Assembly (NCBI GenBank): GCA_963514005.1
Contig: OY740786.1
Span: 30,318,001-30,382,000 of the forward strand
DNA: 64,000 nt
Direction of reading: 5' to 3'
Origin: Raja brachyura
Lineage: Eukaryota
Shown here: piece by piece, positions 46,380-58,635 of the stretch
Position numbering within the stretch: the stretch's first letter is position 1
Layout: every line of letters begins with the position of its first letter
Notes under the pieces: model-generated
Databases searched by the model: none
Told to the model about the DNA's origin: nothing
What the model saw: only the letters and a program-made list of their open reading frames with translations
Translations under genes and position numbers: made by a program

Positions 46380-49347
46380 TCATTACTGTCAACTGGTTCT
46401 GTTCTGAGGGCTGTTGTTCACAGGTTTTGGGTGGGGCTCTTGATAGCATGTCAGCTATGTGCGTGTCCTTGCCCTTTTTGTAGACTATAGTAAAGTTGAA
46501 ATGTTGCAGCAGCATCATCATCATTGCGGACGAGCCGGAGTGGCGTGAATGGGTTTGTTCAGAATGGTGACCAGCGGTTGGTGGTTTGTTTCCACAATCA
46601 CAGTTTTGCCAAAAATAAAGTCTTTGAATTTCGTGCAGGCAAAAACCACGGCAAGCAGTTCTTTTTCAATCTGGGCATAAGGTTGTTCAGTTTCTGTCAG
46701 GGTATGGGAGGCGTAGGCAACAGGCATGTAGTCGCCGTCGGTGGAAGTCTGTAGGCAAGCAGCGCCAAGTCCATATTGTGATGCGTCACATGTTAGTGTC
46801 ACTGGCAATTTTAAAGCAAAGTACACGAGATTTGGAGCACTGGCCAGTTGCAACTTGAGGATTTCAAAAGTTCTTTGGTGCTGTGGGTACCAGGACCAGG
46901 CAGTGTCCTTGTGAGTCAGTTCCTGTAGGGGGACAGATATATCACTTAGGTTGGGAATGAATTTACCCAGGTAGTTGACCATTCCCAGGAATCTCTGTAA
47001 ACTCGTAGCGTCAGTGAGAACTGGCATCTCGTTAATGGCAGTGGTCTTGGATGGGTCCAGTCTGAGACCATCACTGGTGAAAAGGTGGCCAACATAGTTG
47101 ACTTCTGTGACACAAAATCTGCATTTTAGAGTGTTGAACTTGAGATGGATGGTTTTGGCACGGTCTAATACTTTTTTTATATTGGCATCATGTTCAGCCG
47201 TGTCATGTCCGGCAACGAGAATGTCATCGACAATGATGGTGCATGGATACCCCGCAAATAATTGGTCCATTGTGTGCTGAAAACCTCGCTAGCAGAGTTG
47301 ATGCTGAAGGCCATTTGTAGTGGCCAAAGGGGCTGTCGAACGTGGTGAGTTTGGACCCAGTCATGTTGTGCGAATGACTGGGTCATCTACATTGTGTCAA
47401 GAAGTGGTTGCCAACCCACTCCACGTTTATCAGATTATATTATGTCCACCTTGTTTGTTTTGTATACTTGCTATCGCTACCATGGCTAGCTGACTTCGCC
47501 AACCAGATCCTCTGATCTTTGACTCGGACTTCTCTGAATGTTGGCTCATTTTTGAGCACGACTACAACCATTACATTTGTGCTCATCATTGCAACGCTGC
47601 ACCTGACGTGCATGCCTCTATACTACTTAATGTTGCAGGCCCTGAAGCAATGAAGCGCGCAGAGCATTTTAACAATGCGCCTGCAGTTATGGATCACAAC
47701 AACCAGGTTGTGGTGCCTGCTGAAACTATGGATGACCCTGCAGTCCTGCTCACTAAGTTCAGACAGCTATGCGACCTTTGTGCCAACTCCATAATTGAAT
47801 GAACTTCGTTTTTTCCTCGCAAGGAGAACCTATTGAAAACTTCCTCAGCGATTTAAAACACATGGCTGCACGCTGCCGTTTCAGAGATTTGTGTGAAGAT
47901 CTCAGCCGTGACAAACTGGTAGGAGGTTTACTCAGTGACAAGGTACGAGACTAATTGCTTCGCGATACTGAATTGACCTTGGACTGAGCTGAACAAGATT
48001 GCAGAATCGCTGAACTTACGGCTCCCCACACAAAGCTTTGGGCTCTGGGCCATGATTCCCGTTCAATGTCAATACTACCGACACCTCCTATCATAACCGG
48101 CGTTCACAACCAACCTCACTCTGGCATCCTCAGAGATCTATTGAACGGTGCTCTAACTGTAACGGCTCCCACGTTTCAGGTCGTGAATTCTGTGCTGCTT
48201 ACGCTAAAATTTTCCACGAAATTGGGCTCGTTCGTTCCCAAGACAAACTGTACACCTGTTAAAACATGAACCTACTGATAACGAATTCCAAGAGCTGGAA
48301 GTGCCATCCTCTGCTCTCCTACCTGTGAAACAAGATAACAGTCCAAACATCCACTCCGTTTGCTTCCACTAACAAGCAACTTGACCCTGAAGTCTCTTTC
48401 CTCATTAACAGATTGACATTGGTGCTAAATGTAATGTCATGCCTTTATCTGAATTTAAACAAATTTGTAATACCGAACATATTGCAAACACTACGGCTAT
48501 GTTACGAGCCTATGAGGGAGGAATACTGCTCCCACTTGGAGAAACTGAACTGAATTGCCACGTCTAGGCACAACTGAAGTTTTTCATTGTTTGGGGGGGA
48601 TTCTGCAACTCTGCTTAGCATCAACGCATGCCAGGATCTAGGTCTGGTTATCTTTGGGCCTGCTATCCATCAAACCTCTCCCACTGAGGGCTCCACTCAG
48701 CAGATACTTTCACAATACATATAACTATTTGACGACAAGCTTGGAAAGCTGCTCATCAAGTACAATATCGCCACTGATCCAAATGTCAAACCTGTGGTCC
48801 AAGCACCACACCGAATCCCGCATGCTATGCGCGACAGAGTTTACAATGAGCTCCAGCGGATGATGTCCCTGGGTGTCATTGCTACGGTTACTGACTCGTC
48901 CGACTGGGTTTCCACCATGGTGGTTACAATAAAGAAAAACAAGGAAGAAATCCGAATATGCATCAACCCCAGAGACCTAAACACAGCGATAAAATGCCCA
49001 CACTACCCGATGTGAACAGTAGAGGAAGTTGCTGCTCAGATAGGCAGTGCATCTGTGCTCTCTGTTCTGGATGCCAAAAGTTCGTTTTGGCAGATTCCAC
49101 TTCTGACACCATGTAAATGACCCAGTCATTTGCACAACATGATACAACATAGTTTTATTAAAGATCACTTACAGTACACTTCAGCATGTTGTTATAGCTT
49201 GTGTAGCAATGATTCGACTGCTAGCATGAGCTGAGTTCTGATAATATAAACCGTATAGTAGGCGGAGCTTCTGCTAATAAAGCACTACGATTGGTTAGTG
49301 TGGAGTAACCAATCTACAGTTAGCAACTCAGTTGAGATGTATTAACA
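46380..49347 (-). mobile_element. Rearranged, 3'-truncated Ty3/Gypsy (Mag-like) LTR element with an internal inversion
   Basis: LTR (~49112-49347) and tRNA-Leu PBS TGGTGTCAGAAGTGG (49097-49111) on minus. gag-pro-RT N-terminus on plus (47480-49102). RT C-terminus and RNase H on minus (46521-47355). Confidence 0.85.
46521..47270 (-). pseudogene. Gypsy RT C-terminus and RNase H
   Basis: IIVDDILV, FLGMVNYLGKFIPNLS, TCDASQYGLGA, YAQIEKELLAVVF. Confidence 0.9.
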
Positions 49348-51204
49348 ACTTTCTTCCATTTGCTATTACCAGAATATACAGTAAGAGGACCACAGGAATG
49401 TGAGAGGCGGCCAACACATCATGGGAACAGCTACGTGCCTATAACAAACAAGTTTTTGAATCAACCTGCACAAGCCTAACCCTATCTCAACTGTGGAACG
49501 TTATGGTTCTCTGCTTGCACTGGCATGGACTTGTTTTTTTTTTCCAATCATATTTTCACCACTAATGTTTTGGTTTTTGCAGTCTTTTTCTTTTAAATAT
49601 TTTAGGTGTAATTTATATATAAGTTATTTTGGTGTGTTTGTGTCAGTCTTTGCGAGTCATATTGTTGCATGATTTAGCATTGCACCTGTAGCCCGCCATA
49701 CGTGCATATGACAATAAACTCGACATGATTTGACTTGACTATCTATTGAATTAGAGCACGACACACTTAGCCTTTGAGCTAGTATAGTTATACTCACACT
49801 ACTAAACAGAGGTCAATATATTTCACTTTAGTAGTTAAAGTTCTAAGAGTCTTCTATTCCCTTAGGAAGCTGGGACAGCAAACAAGACGTCCATGATAAT
49901 GTACATAAGCAGCTGATCAATTATGTAGACTGATGTTTTCTTGGAAGCTTTTTTGATCTTAGTTCTCCATTCTGCACCGTATCACTCAATGGAAACATGC
50001 AAAGTGATCAAGAGCCATCATAAGCAAAATGATTATTACCACAGGCATTTGAATGAGTGTTTCATTTTTTAGGATGTGCATGAATATTGCAGAACTTTAA
50101 AACTGAGATATTAACATTAATTATTCAGTATTAACATAAAATGTATGTTTTTGGTTGTCCTTTATTCACCTGACTGAAAATGTTCTCTTCCATTATTCAC
50201 AAACTATAAATTTTATGCTGATTTCTAATGGATCTCACTCGCAAAGATTGGTCTGAGGCTGAGCTGTGATAGTTATTGATGGGATTAGAGATTGTAGTGC
50301 ATGTTGTCATCCCATATAAAATAGTAAAAACATTTGACATGAGCTTTTTAATGTGATTGGCTTGTAAACTGAAATGACTTTCAGTTGAAAATAATCATTT
50401 GAGCCCACTGTAACATTTCTGAGTTGAGTTTGCATTGATCATTGATCACAATTAAAATCTCTGTCAGCTCATGACTCTTCTCGTTATTTCTTGTGGTAAA
50501 GAGCTTGGCAATGTGTGCTTTCTTCATCCTCATTACTTGAGATAAGAAATCCGTGGAGAAAATGTCCAGAGGCAAATCCAAACTCCTTGCTCCTTAAGAA
50601 ACATCGGTATACAAGAATGTAGCACAATAAGAGGCCAAATTAATCCATCTGGGCCAATTAAGCTGAAGAAGGCATATGGGTTCAGCCATGCTAAACCACC
50701 ATTGAGATGATCAAAATTTTTTTTTTGAAGTACATGCTTGCAAAGTTCAGTCTTTCAGTCAAGTGAAATAGAAAGAGAAAATGCTGAAATTGCTCAGCAG
50801 GACAGGCAGCTTCAGATGAGAGTGAAAAACAATGTTAATAGCTGATTCCCATTGGAGCCTGCCCCCCAAATTGTTCAAACATCCTTTGGAAAACTCACCG
50901 TCAACAAAATCATCAACTGATTTTTGATAATTAATAGTGAGAAACTTCAAAATTATTTTGAATTCTTTTTCAAACAGGAGATTAACTTGGCACCATGTTC
51001 AGCACATACAGTATATTGTGGGCTGAAGTACACGTTACTGTGCTGTACTGTTCTAGGTTCTATGTTCTTAATTACATTTTACAAAAATAAAAACTTTTTT
51101 ATAAGCAAATTAAACACCAACAAAAAATTATTTTCATTAAAATAAAACATAAAATACAGTCACCTGCATTAAACACTCATCATGGGGTCAGTGACTCCAT
51201 TCGT

Positions 51205-51425
51205 AGAAACATAGAAAATAGCTGCAGGAGGAGGCCATTCGGTCCTTCGAGCCTGCACAGCCATTCAATATGATCATGGCTGATCATCCAACTCAGTACC
51301 CTGTACCTGCCTTCTCTCCATACCCCCTGATCCCATTAGCCACAAGTGCCACATCTAATTCCCTCTTAAATATAGCCAACGAACTGGCCTCAACTACCTT
51401 CTGTGGCAGAGAATTCCACAGATTC
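51205..51425 (-). mobile_element. CR1 3' end
   Basis: NLWNSLPQKVVEASSLAIFKRELD; GAAACATAGAAA tail. Confidence 0.88.
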
Positions 51426-51696
51426 GTTAAGATTGTGCTCCTTATACCAGCCAGCCCTGACATAAAGCTGAGGGATTGGATGTGAAACATTCCAAACCCA
51501 ATCCCTAACTTATGAGTGTTCCACTGCTCGGCTTGGAGGTTAGTTCATGATGGGGTACAAGGTCATATGAACCAGCACCTAACCTTCAGAACAGATCAGA
51601 CTTCCGTGTTTCAGTGCCTTTATGTGGAAACCTGAGATATACTATACATTGAATCGCAGATCAGTAAAGTTGAGCTCAATGTGTCAGGAGCACCGT

Positions 51697-52017
51697 GGGC
51701 GGCATGGTGGTGCAGGGGTAGAGTTGCTGCCTTTTAGCACACAAAGCGCCAGGTACCCAGGTTCGATCCTGACTAGCGGTGCAGTCTGTATGGAGTTTGC
51801 ACATTCTCCCAATGACCACGTGGGTTTTCTCCGAGAACTTTGGTTTCCTGTCCCACTCTAAAGACGTACAGGTTTTTAGGTTAATTGGCTTGGTATAAAT
51901 TGTAAATTATTCCTAGTGTGTGTAGGGTAGTGTTAATGTGCGGGATTCGCTGGTCGGTTTGGACATGGTGGGCCGAAGGGGCTGTTTATGCGCTGTATCT
52001 CTCAACTAAAACCTAAA
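51697..52017 (+). mobile_element. tRNA-derived SINE (HE1-like), near full length
   Basis: A-box-like TGGTGCAGGGGTAG, B box GGTTCGATCC at ~51760, core GTCTGTATGGAGTTTGCAC, CR1-like tail. Confidence 0.9.
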
Positions 52018-52319
52018 TGAGCTTCACTCAGTTCAGAAAGTAATCAGCGATGTTGCAGGCATTCTTCAAGAAGTGTGGAAAGTTGGAAATGGAGGAAAGT
52101 ACTGTAGGATCTGTGATATGATGGAAACACTTAGAGGTTAAGTGATAAAAAGAGGATAATGTTGTAAGGTTAAAAGATAAAGGTAGCAAAGGGAAACAAA
52201 GAGTGTTAGAGACAGCAAGAATGGAAATGGGAGGAACACTGGGAATAAAGGCTTTGATTTAAATTGTTGAATTTTGATTTTAAGTGGAGTTATCTAAAAA
52301 GTCCCAAAGAAAAGATATA

Positions 52320-52435
52320 TAAGATGCGCATGTGATGTTAAACCTACTGTTGAGAAGATTGAGCATGAGTAATGAAGTTGTACGACTCATGCTCAATCTT
52401 CTCAACAATAGGCTTAACATCACGTGCGCATCTTA
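52320..52435. repeat. 51-bp inverted repeat with a 14-nt loop
   Basis: 52320-52370 versus 52385-52435, 48 of 51 complementary. Confidence 0.92.
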
Positions 52436-52611
52436 CCATGTAAAAGCAAAAACCTGTAAAACCCTCATGCAGCCGACCGTTTTGGTTAGAACCTATATAA
52501 TAAATCTGATATAATTTATGATCTGGTGAAGAAAATCTGAAGAAACATTCACTTTGGGGCCTGGCAGGGTATTAACACCAGCACTTCAGTTCAAGGTCAA
52601 ATCGAATGCTT

Positions 52612-52930
52612 TTAGTTTAGTTTAGAGAAACAGCGCGGACACAGGCCCTTCGGCAAACCAGGTCCGTGCCGACTAGCGATCCCCGCATATTAACACTATG
52701 CTACACACACTAGGGAATTTTTTTACATTTGCCAAACCAATTAACTTACAGACCCGTACATCTTTGGAGTCTGGGAGGAAACCGAAGATCTCAGAGAAAA
52801 CCCACGCAGGTCATGGGGAGAATGTGCAAACTCCGTACAGACAACACCCGTAGTCGGGATTGAACCCAGGTCTCCGCCGCTGCAAGCACTGTAGGGCAAC
52901 AACTCTAACGTTGCACCATTGTGCCACCCT
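52612..52930 (-). mobile_element. tRNA-derived SINE (HE1-like)
   Basis: (TTTAG)3 tail, ACAGGCCCTTCGGC, GGGATTGAACCC B box. Confidence 0.9.
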
Positions 52931-53676
52931 GCTTTGCTGGCAGTTATTTAACCCTGTGGTCCATGTACAGGTACTTCAATTTGATTGATAAGCATAGGGA
53001 CCCATATGTGAATGGGCTGAAAATTTACATTTGATTATTATAAGCCTTAACTAGTGGTAAATGTATATTTCCCAAGTCCAAGGCATTGTTGCATCTTTAC
53101 CTGTAGCCAATATGATTTGTTCTACATGCTTCAGCAGATAGTTGTAGTCCTCCTGAAATCTTGAATAATAAGGTCTTTGTTGATTCAGAATGGAATTTCT
53201 AAAGATAAGAAAGTAAGTAGAATAGTTAGCCAGTTAGATAGATTTGAAGTGACTGTTCACAATACCTTTGATCACACTTGAAAGTGTTTCTTCAAATGTA
53301 ATAAAATCAAACCCTATGAACCTTTAACTTGGCATAGACTTAAGACATGCTTTCAACTAAACTACAGTTTGGATCACCTGAATTATAAGTGGAGCCTGGA
53401 ATTAAAAGTGGCAAATGAAGTCCATTTCATTAATATTTACTGGACGACTGGACTTAAAAAGGAAAAATAAAGATCTTTAAATCATTCAAAACATAATCTT
53501 TCTTAGTCTCCAATTTCTGAATCTCCATCTCATCATTTGCGGTAATGAGTGGATGCAGGAATTTAAACATCATTGATAAAAGAGGAATGTTCAATACATG
53601 CACCATATCTGAAAATACTTAAAGATTATAACATACCTTACTCCTGCCTTCAGTCTGTGCATGCTCTTGTTAACTC

Positions 53677-54165
53677 TTGGTGGGAATCAGCAGCTGCAGA
53701 CGAGGTCGCCCCACCACCCAGATGATCACCTTCATGAAGGCCGGAGTGCGGCCGCCAAGAACCACAGCAGCCAGGAATCCGTCAGGAATCCTGATGACTG
53801 CACAGGACTGGCAGCTTTCTGTAGACCTGGTGAAACAGGTGAAGTTCCCACAGCACATTTCCACGACCACCCTGAGGCCAGATATCCTCCTGGTCTCAGA
53901 GGTGACCAAAAACATAGTCTTGTTGGAACTGACAGTGTTGTGGGAGGACCGTCTGGAGGTGGCCCACGAGAGGAAGATGCCCAAGTATGAAGAGCTGGTC
54001 ACAGACTGCCGTAAGCAGGGCTGGAAGGCAAGGTGTATACCCATCGAGGTTGGCTGCAGAGATTTTGCAGGGAAATCACTCTACAAAGCCTTGAGTGCAC
54101 TGGGCATCACCAGAGTGGCGAGGAGAAGAGCCATCAAGAACACCACAAGGAAAGCCTCAAGATGA
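53677..54165 (+). pseudogene. PD-(D/E)xK restriction-like endonuclease domain remnant
   Basis: DWQLSVDLVKQVKFPQHISTTTLRPDILLVS...ELTVLWEDRLEVAHERKMPKY; the TGA in AGA-TGA-CTC-TGG is probably premature. Confidence 0.85.
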
Positions 54166-54335
54166 CTCTGGACCAGGAGAGAAGGTCCATGGGGAGGAGC
54201 GAATGCCACCTGAACACAAGTCATGATCTGATCAACCACGCCTAAGTGTCTGATGTTGAGACCCGAAACACCCAATGACCCCAGGTTACATCACTGATGA
54301 TGTGTTCAGGAGCATCAATAGATGTATTTTTATCA
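53681..54335 (+). mobile_element. 5'-truncated RLE-type non-LTR retrotransposon (HERO-like, R2 superfamily)
   Basis: Restriction-like endonuclease motifs LRPDILL, LLELTV, ERKMPKYEEL, PIEVGCR. Possible TSD TCTTGG at 53675-53680 and 54336-54341. Confidence 0.85.
54246..54307 (+). ncRNA. Candidate non-circularly permuted hammerhead ribozyme in the HERO-like 3' UTR
   Basis: GUC triplet 54248-50, GAAA 54265-68, CUGAUGA 54294-300. Stem III GTGT/ACAC and stem I TGATGT/ACATCA directly abut the core motifs; stem II is weak. Confidence 0.6.
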
Positions 54336-55089
54336 TCTTGGAACCACTGTTTAAGGTGGCTGTTTCATGAGCCATTATCATAGATTCTGTCAATTTGTCA
54401 AGAGCATGTAAATATATGAGATGGTTTATATACTTACTTTCAAATTCATCTACGACCAAATCCCACTCCTTCTTATTTCTGCTTTATCTTCTAGCCCTAC
54501 GAAATCTCTTTGCTATTATAATTCCGGTCCCTTTTCATGACTATTTTTGAGCTAGTTATCTTATTCCAATGGGTAGTCTTTGGAATACCCTCCTACCTGC
54601 AAAATCCTTACATGCCTGGACCATTCCTTATAATTTTCATCAACTAAGATTTTTGTCACCTGGCCCAATCCTTCCAATTTTGTTTGATAAATCTAGGACA
54701 GAATGTTTTTACCAACATGGTAAGGTTGGTGCAATTCACTTAGTCTTTTGACTATTTATCATATTATTTCTCATATTGTTTTTTTGATCCAACAGCATTC
54801 CAATTCCAAGAACATGTAATTGTCAAATGAAATTCCATATTCAGAAATCTGAGGTGAAGAAGATAAATCATGATAAAGCTTACATGCACTGGTAAAAACA
54901 TAAGAAGATGTCTCAAATGGTATTAAGTTCCATATTTTCAACAATCTCCACATGAAGACCAATTCTCCATAAATATCATACTGATGATTTACATGATGAG
55001 AGTCAAAGTGTAACACAACATTGAAACAGGCATTTCAGTCCAACCTGGCCATACAGACCAAGATGCACATCCAAGCTAGTCGACATTGC

Positions 55090-55790
55090 CTATTCGGTAG
55101 TAAAATATGAGGTGCCGTTCCTCCAATTTGCATGTAGCCTCACTCTGACAGTGGAAGAGGCCCAGGACAGAAAGGTCAGAATGGGAATCGGAAGGGAAGT
55201 TAAAATGTTTGACAACTGGGAGATTGCATAGACTGAGCCGGACTGAGCATTAGTGTTAAGCGAAACATCACCCAATCTGCGCTTGGTGTCGCCGATATAT
55301 AGGTGCCTGCACCAAGAACAACGGATACAGTGGATAAGGTTGATGGAGGTGCAAGTGAACCTCTGCCTCACCTGAATGGACTATAGGGGTCCCTGGATGG
55401 AGTCGAGGGAGGAGGTAAAAGGACAGGTGTTGCATCTCCCACTGATGCAGGTGTGGTTTGGGTGGATAGGATGAGTGAACCAGATAGTTGTGGAGGGAAC
55501 GGTCTCTGCGGAAAGCAGAATAGGGTGGAGATGGGAATATATGAATAGTGGTGGGATCCCATTGGGGATGGCAAAAATATCAGAGGATGATGTGTTGTAG
55601 GCGACGATTGATGGGGTGAAGGGTGAGGACTAATGCAACTCGTCCCTGTTGTGGCTGGGGGGAGGAGGAGCAAGAGCGGAACTATGGGATACAGAGGAGA
55701 CACATGTGAGGGCCTTATCTGTGATAGAAGAGGGGAACCCCGTTCCCTAAAGAATGAATACATCTCAGGTGTCCTGGCATGGAACATCTC
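55090..55790 (-). mobile_element. Penelope-like element fragment (GIY-YIG region)
   Basis: RQRFTCTSINLIHCIRCSWCRHLYIGDTKRRLGD. Confidence 0.88.
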
Positions 55791-56604
55791 ATTTATTATT
55801 CCTATGACCAACTATCCTTTACTCAGAGCCCTGACTGATGAAATTCAGCATGCCAAAAACCTTTTTTACCCACCCAAGCAGCATAGTCAGACATTCCACC
55901 CTGGTGATTCATTCTTCTCTCTACACCTGTAAGGCAGAACATACTGAAGCCTGAAAGCACACACCACCAGGCTCAGGAACAAACCGTGGCAGGTCATTGA
56001 AAAAATATCTTGCCAAGAATGAAAGAAACAGCTCATATCTGAAATTACCATTTCTAACTTAACAGATAGTGGGCAGACAATACGTTGGAATGTGTATGAA
56101 AAGGTACTTCATTTTTGTTTTCTACCATTGTTCAGACAACTGCCTTTCCAGTTCATGTCAGAACTGGCTAGTTCTGATGTTTGGTCATCAAGTTGGTTCT
56201 GTCATAGATGTGGAGCACAATGTCATGAAGAAATGAAATTAATTTTTTTTCCAGCTAGACTTTCCTCAAGCTTTGGCAAGATTGACATATTGAAGAAAAA
56301 TGGAGCCAACAAGAAATAAAAGCAAGGTAACCCTCACCATCTGTGGAAGGAATTGCTTTTGGAATGGAAATATATTAAAGGGCCTTCCTTTCCCAAGACA
56401 AATATATTTCAGCCCATAAGGGTGATCCTGAGACTTGAGTTGCCTGTCAGTTTAATTCTCCATTCTTCTCTCACTCTGACGTTCCTGCCTTTATCTTTAA
56501 ACAATAAAGGCCGATATAATTTTGAGGAAAAATGGTCAGGACCCTTCTTCTGAAGAAAGCTGCAGCAAAGAAGAATTTTATAGTTCAGTTTCCAGCGTAT
56601 ATGA

Positions 56605-56735
56605 CAATCTGAAGTAAAGTCCAAACCTGAAACGTCACCTAGCCATGTTTTTTAGGGATGCTGCCGGACCTGTTGAGTTACTCCAGCATGTTGTGTCCTT
56701 CCATTTAAACCAACATCTGCATTTCTTTGTTTCTA
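56605..56735 (+). mobile_element. Decayed Penelope-derived terminal fragment
   Basis: TCTGAAG...CCTGAAACGTCACC...GAGTTACTCCAGCA...CATCTGCA. Confidence 0.65.
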
Positions 56736-56859
56736 CAAGCTTGAGGAACAACATTTCATTTTCTGACTGGGCTTGTAATAATCAGCAGTACTGCAGTCAA
56801 TCAGCTTTACCAGTTCATGTCAGAACTAGCTAGATCTGATATAAGGTCAATAAGCTGCA

Positions 56860-57075
56860 ATGTTAACTTAAAAGGACATACTTTTAGAAAGGAGATAAGG
56901 AGGAATTTATTTTGCCAGAGAGTGGTGAATCTGTGGAATTCGTTGCTACAGACGGCTGTAGAGGCTAAGTCGTTGGGTAGTTTTAAAGCAGAAATTGACA
57001 GGTTCTTGATTAGTAAGGGTGTCAAAGATTATGGGGAGAAGGCAGGAGACTACGTTTGAGAGGGAAAGATAGATA
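56860..57075 (+). mobile_element. CR1 3' end
   Basis: FRKEIRRNLFCQRVVNLWNSL...FKAEIDRFLISKGVKDYGEKAG. Confidence 0.88.
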
Positions 57076-58635
57076 GATAATTCTGGTCCGATGACGTATG
57101 AATCTATGAATTCCTAATTTGCTGAATATTTCCATCATTCCTTTAATTCAGATTTTTACCAGCTGCTGTGTTCCAGATTTTGTCTTCTTTTCACTCCTTT
57201 TTTTTTGTTATTCGCTCTCAACTTATCCCTCCTCCAAATTGATGTACCACAATTATGAAGATTTTTAAGATGATACCAAGGACATCAATTTAATCCAATT
57301 TTCCTTGCTTCCAACCCTGTCATGAGCATCCTTTTTGGTGCCTGCACTCCGCTTCCTTCCACACAACATAAAACATCTTGTTTCCATCTTTTACTATTTC
57401 TGATCTAAGAGCATCAAATTGAAACATTATTTCTCTCATCATAAATGTTGTACGATCAAGTGAATAATTCCAGGACTTTCTGTTATTATTACCAATATCC
57501 TAGTCTTGTTTCAATGATACAGTTGCCAAGGTGATGTGAAATGGATGTGCAAAATAACTGCTTGATCAGATTATATGAATTATGCTTTGTGGTTCAGTAA
57601 TGACATCCAGCAGATTGTTGCTACATATATGCTGCAAGAATATGGGAAAGACCTGGCAAATAATAGAACAGAACATCTCAGGAACAAGCCATTTGACCAA
57701 CATCATCCATATAGAACTTAAACTAATCTCTTCTGCCTGCATGTGATCCATATCGCTCCATTCCCTGCTTATCCACGTGCCCAGCTAAAAACCTCGGGTA
57801 ATCCCACTATCATATCTAGCTCCACCACTTGTCATGCCAGCATGATCCAGGCACCCACCACAGTCTGTGTAAAAAAAAATGCTCCGCACATCTCCTTTAA
57901 ATTTTGCCCCTCTTACCTTAGAGTTATTTCCACTAGTCTTTGACATGTCCATCTGGGGAAAAAAGCTCTGGTTGTCTAGCTTATCATAATTTGATATGCT
58001 TCTATTAGGTCTCTCCTCAGCCTCCAAAGTTCCAGTGAAAGCAATCCGAGTCTGTCCAACCCCTTTTTAGAGCGTATACCCTCTAATGCAGGCAGCATTC
58101 TGATAAACCTCATCTGCGCCCTCTCCAAAACCCATATACTTCCTGTAATGTGGCAACCAGAGCTGCATACAATATACCAAATATAGCTAAAGGCCTATAA
58201 AGCTGCAATATGACCTCTTAACTCTTATACTCAATACTCAGACTAATGAGGGCGAGAATGCCATAAACCTTCTTTACCACTTGATATTGACTGTATACTC
58301 TCCACTTATATTCAACCTCCATTTCTGCATGCATTTCTGCTGTTGAACTATAGCCGGCCACGTACTTTGACAGCCTTCCTCATTATCCACAACCCCTCCA
58401 ATTGTTTCATTGTCTACAAAACTACTAACCAACCCATCTACATTTACATCCAAGTTGTTTGTATAAACAACAGAGGGTTCAACACAGATCCCTGTGAGAC
58501 TCCACTGGTCACTGACCTCCAGCCAGAATAATATAATTCCACCACAACCTCTGTCTTCTATGAGTAAACCAGCTTTCAATTCAAATGACTAAGCCACCAT
58601 GGAGCCCATATATCTTAATCTTCTGGATCAGACTT

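Noticed and set aside
49094-49111. tRNA-Leu 3' end (…CCACTTCTGACACCA) as a tRNA gene or integration att site
   Set aside because: Only ~15-18 nt and directly adjacent to an LTR end, so it is the primer-binding site.
50381-50581. 66-aa minus-strand ORF in unique sequence as a possible host exon
   Set aside because: No recognisable family motif and no convincing splice-site pair; it would need BLASTX or RNA-seq support.
51697-51775. tRNA gene (A and B boxes)
   Set aside because: It is the tRNA-derived head of a SINE, followed by SINE core and LINE-like tail, with no complete cloverleaf.
54270-54305. SECIS or C/D-box reading of ATGA...CTGATGA
   Set aside because: The spacing is too short for a SECIS stem with an AA loop and the box order does not fit a snoRNA; the hammerhead pairing explains the motifs better.
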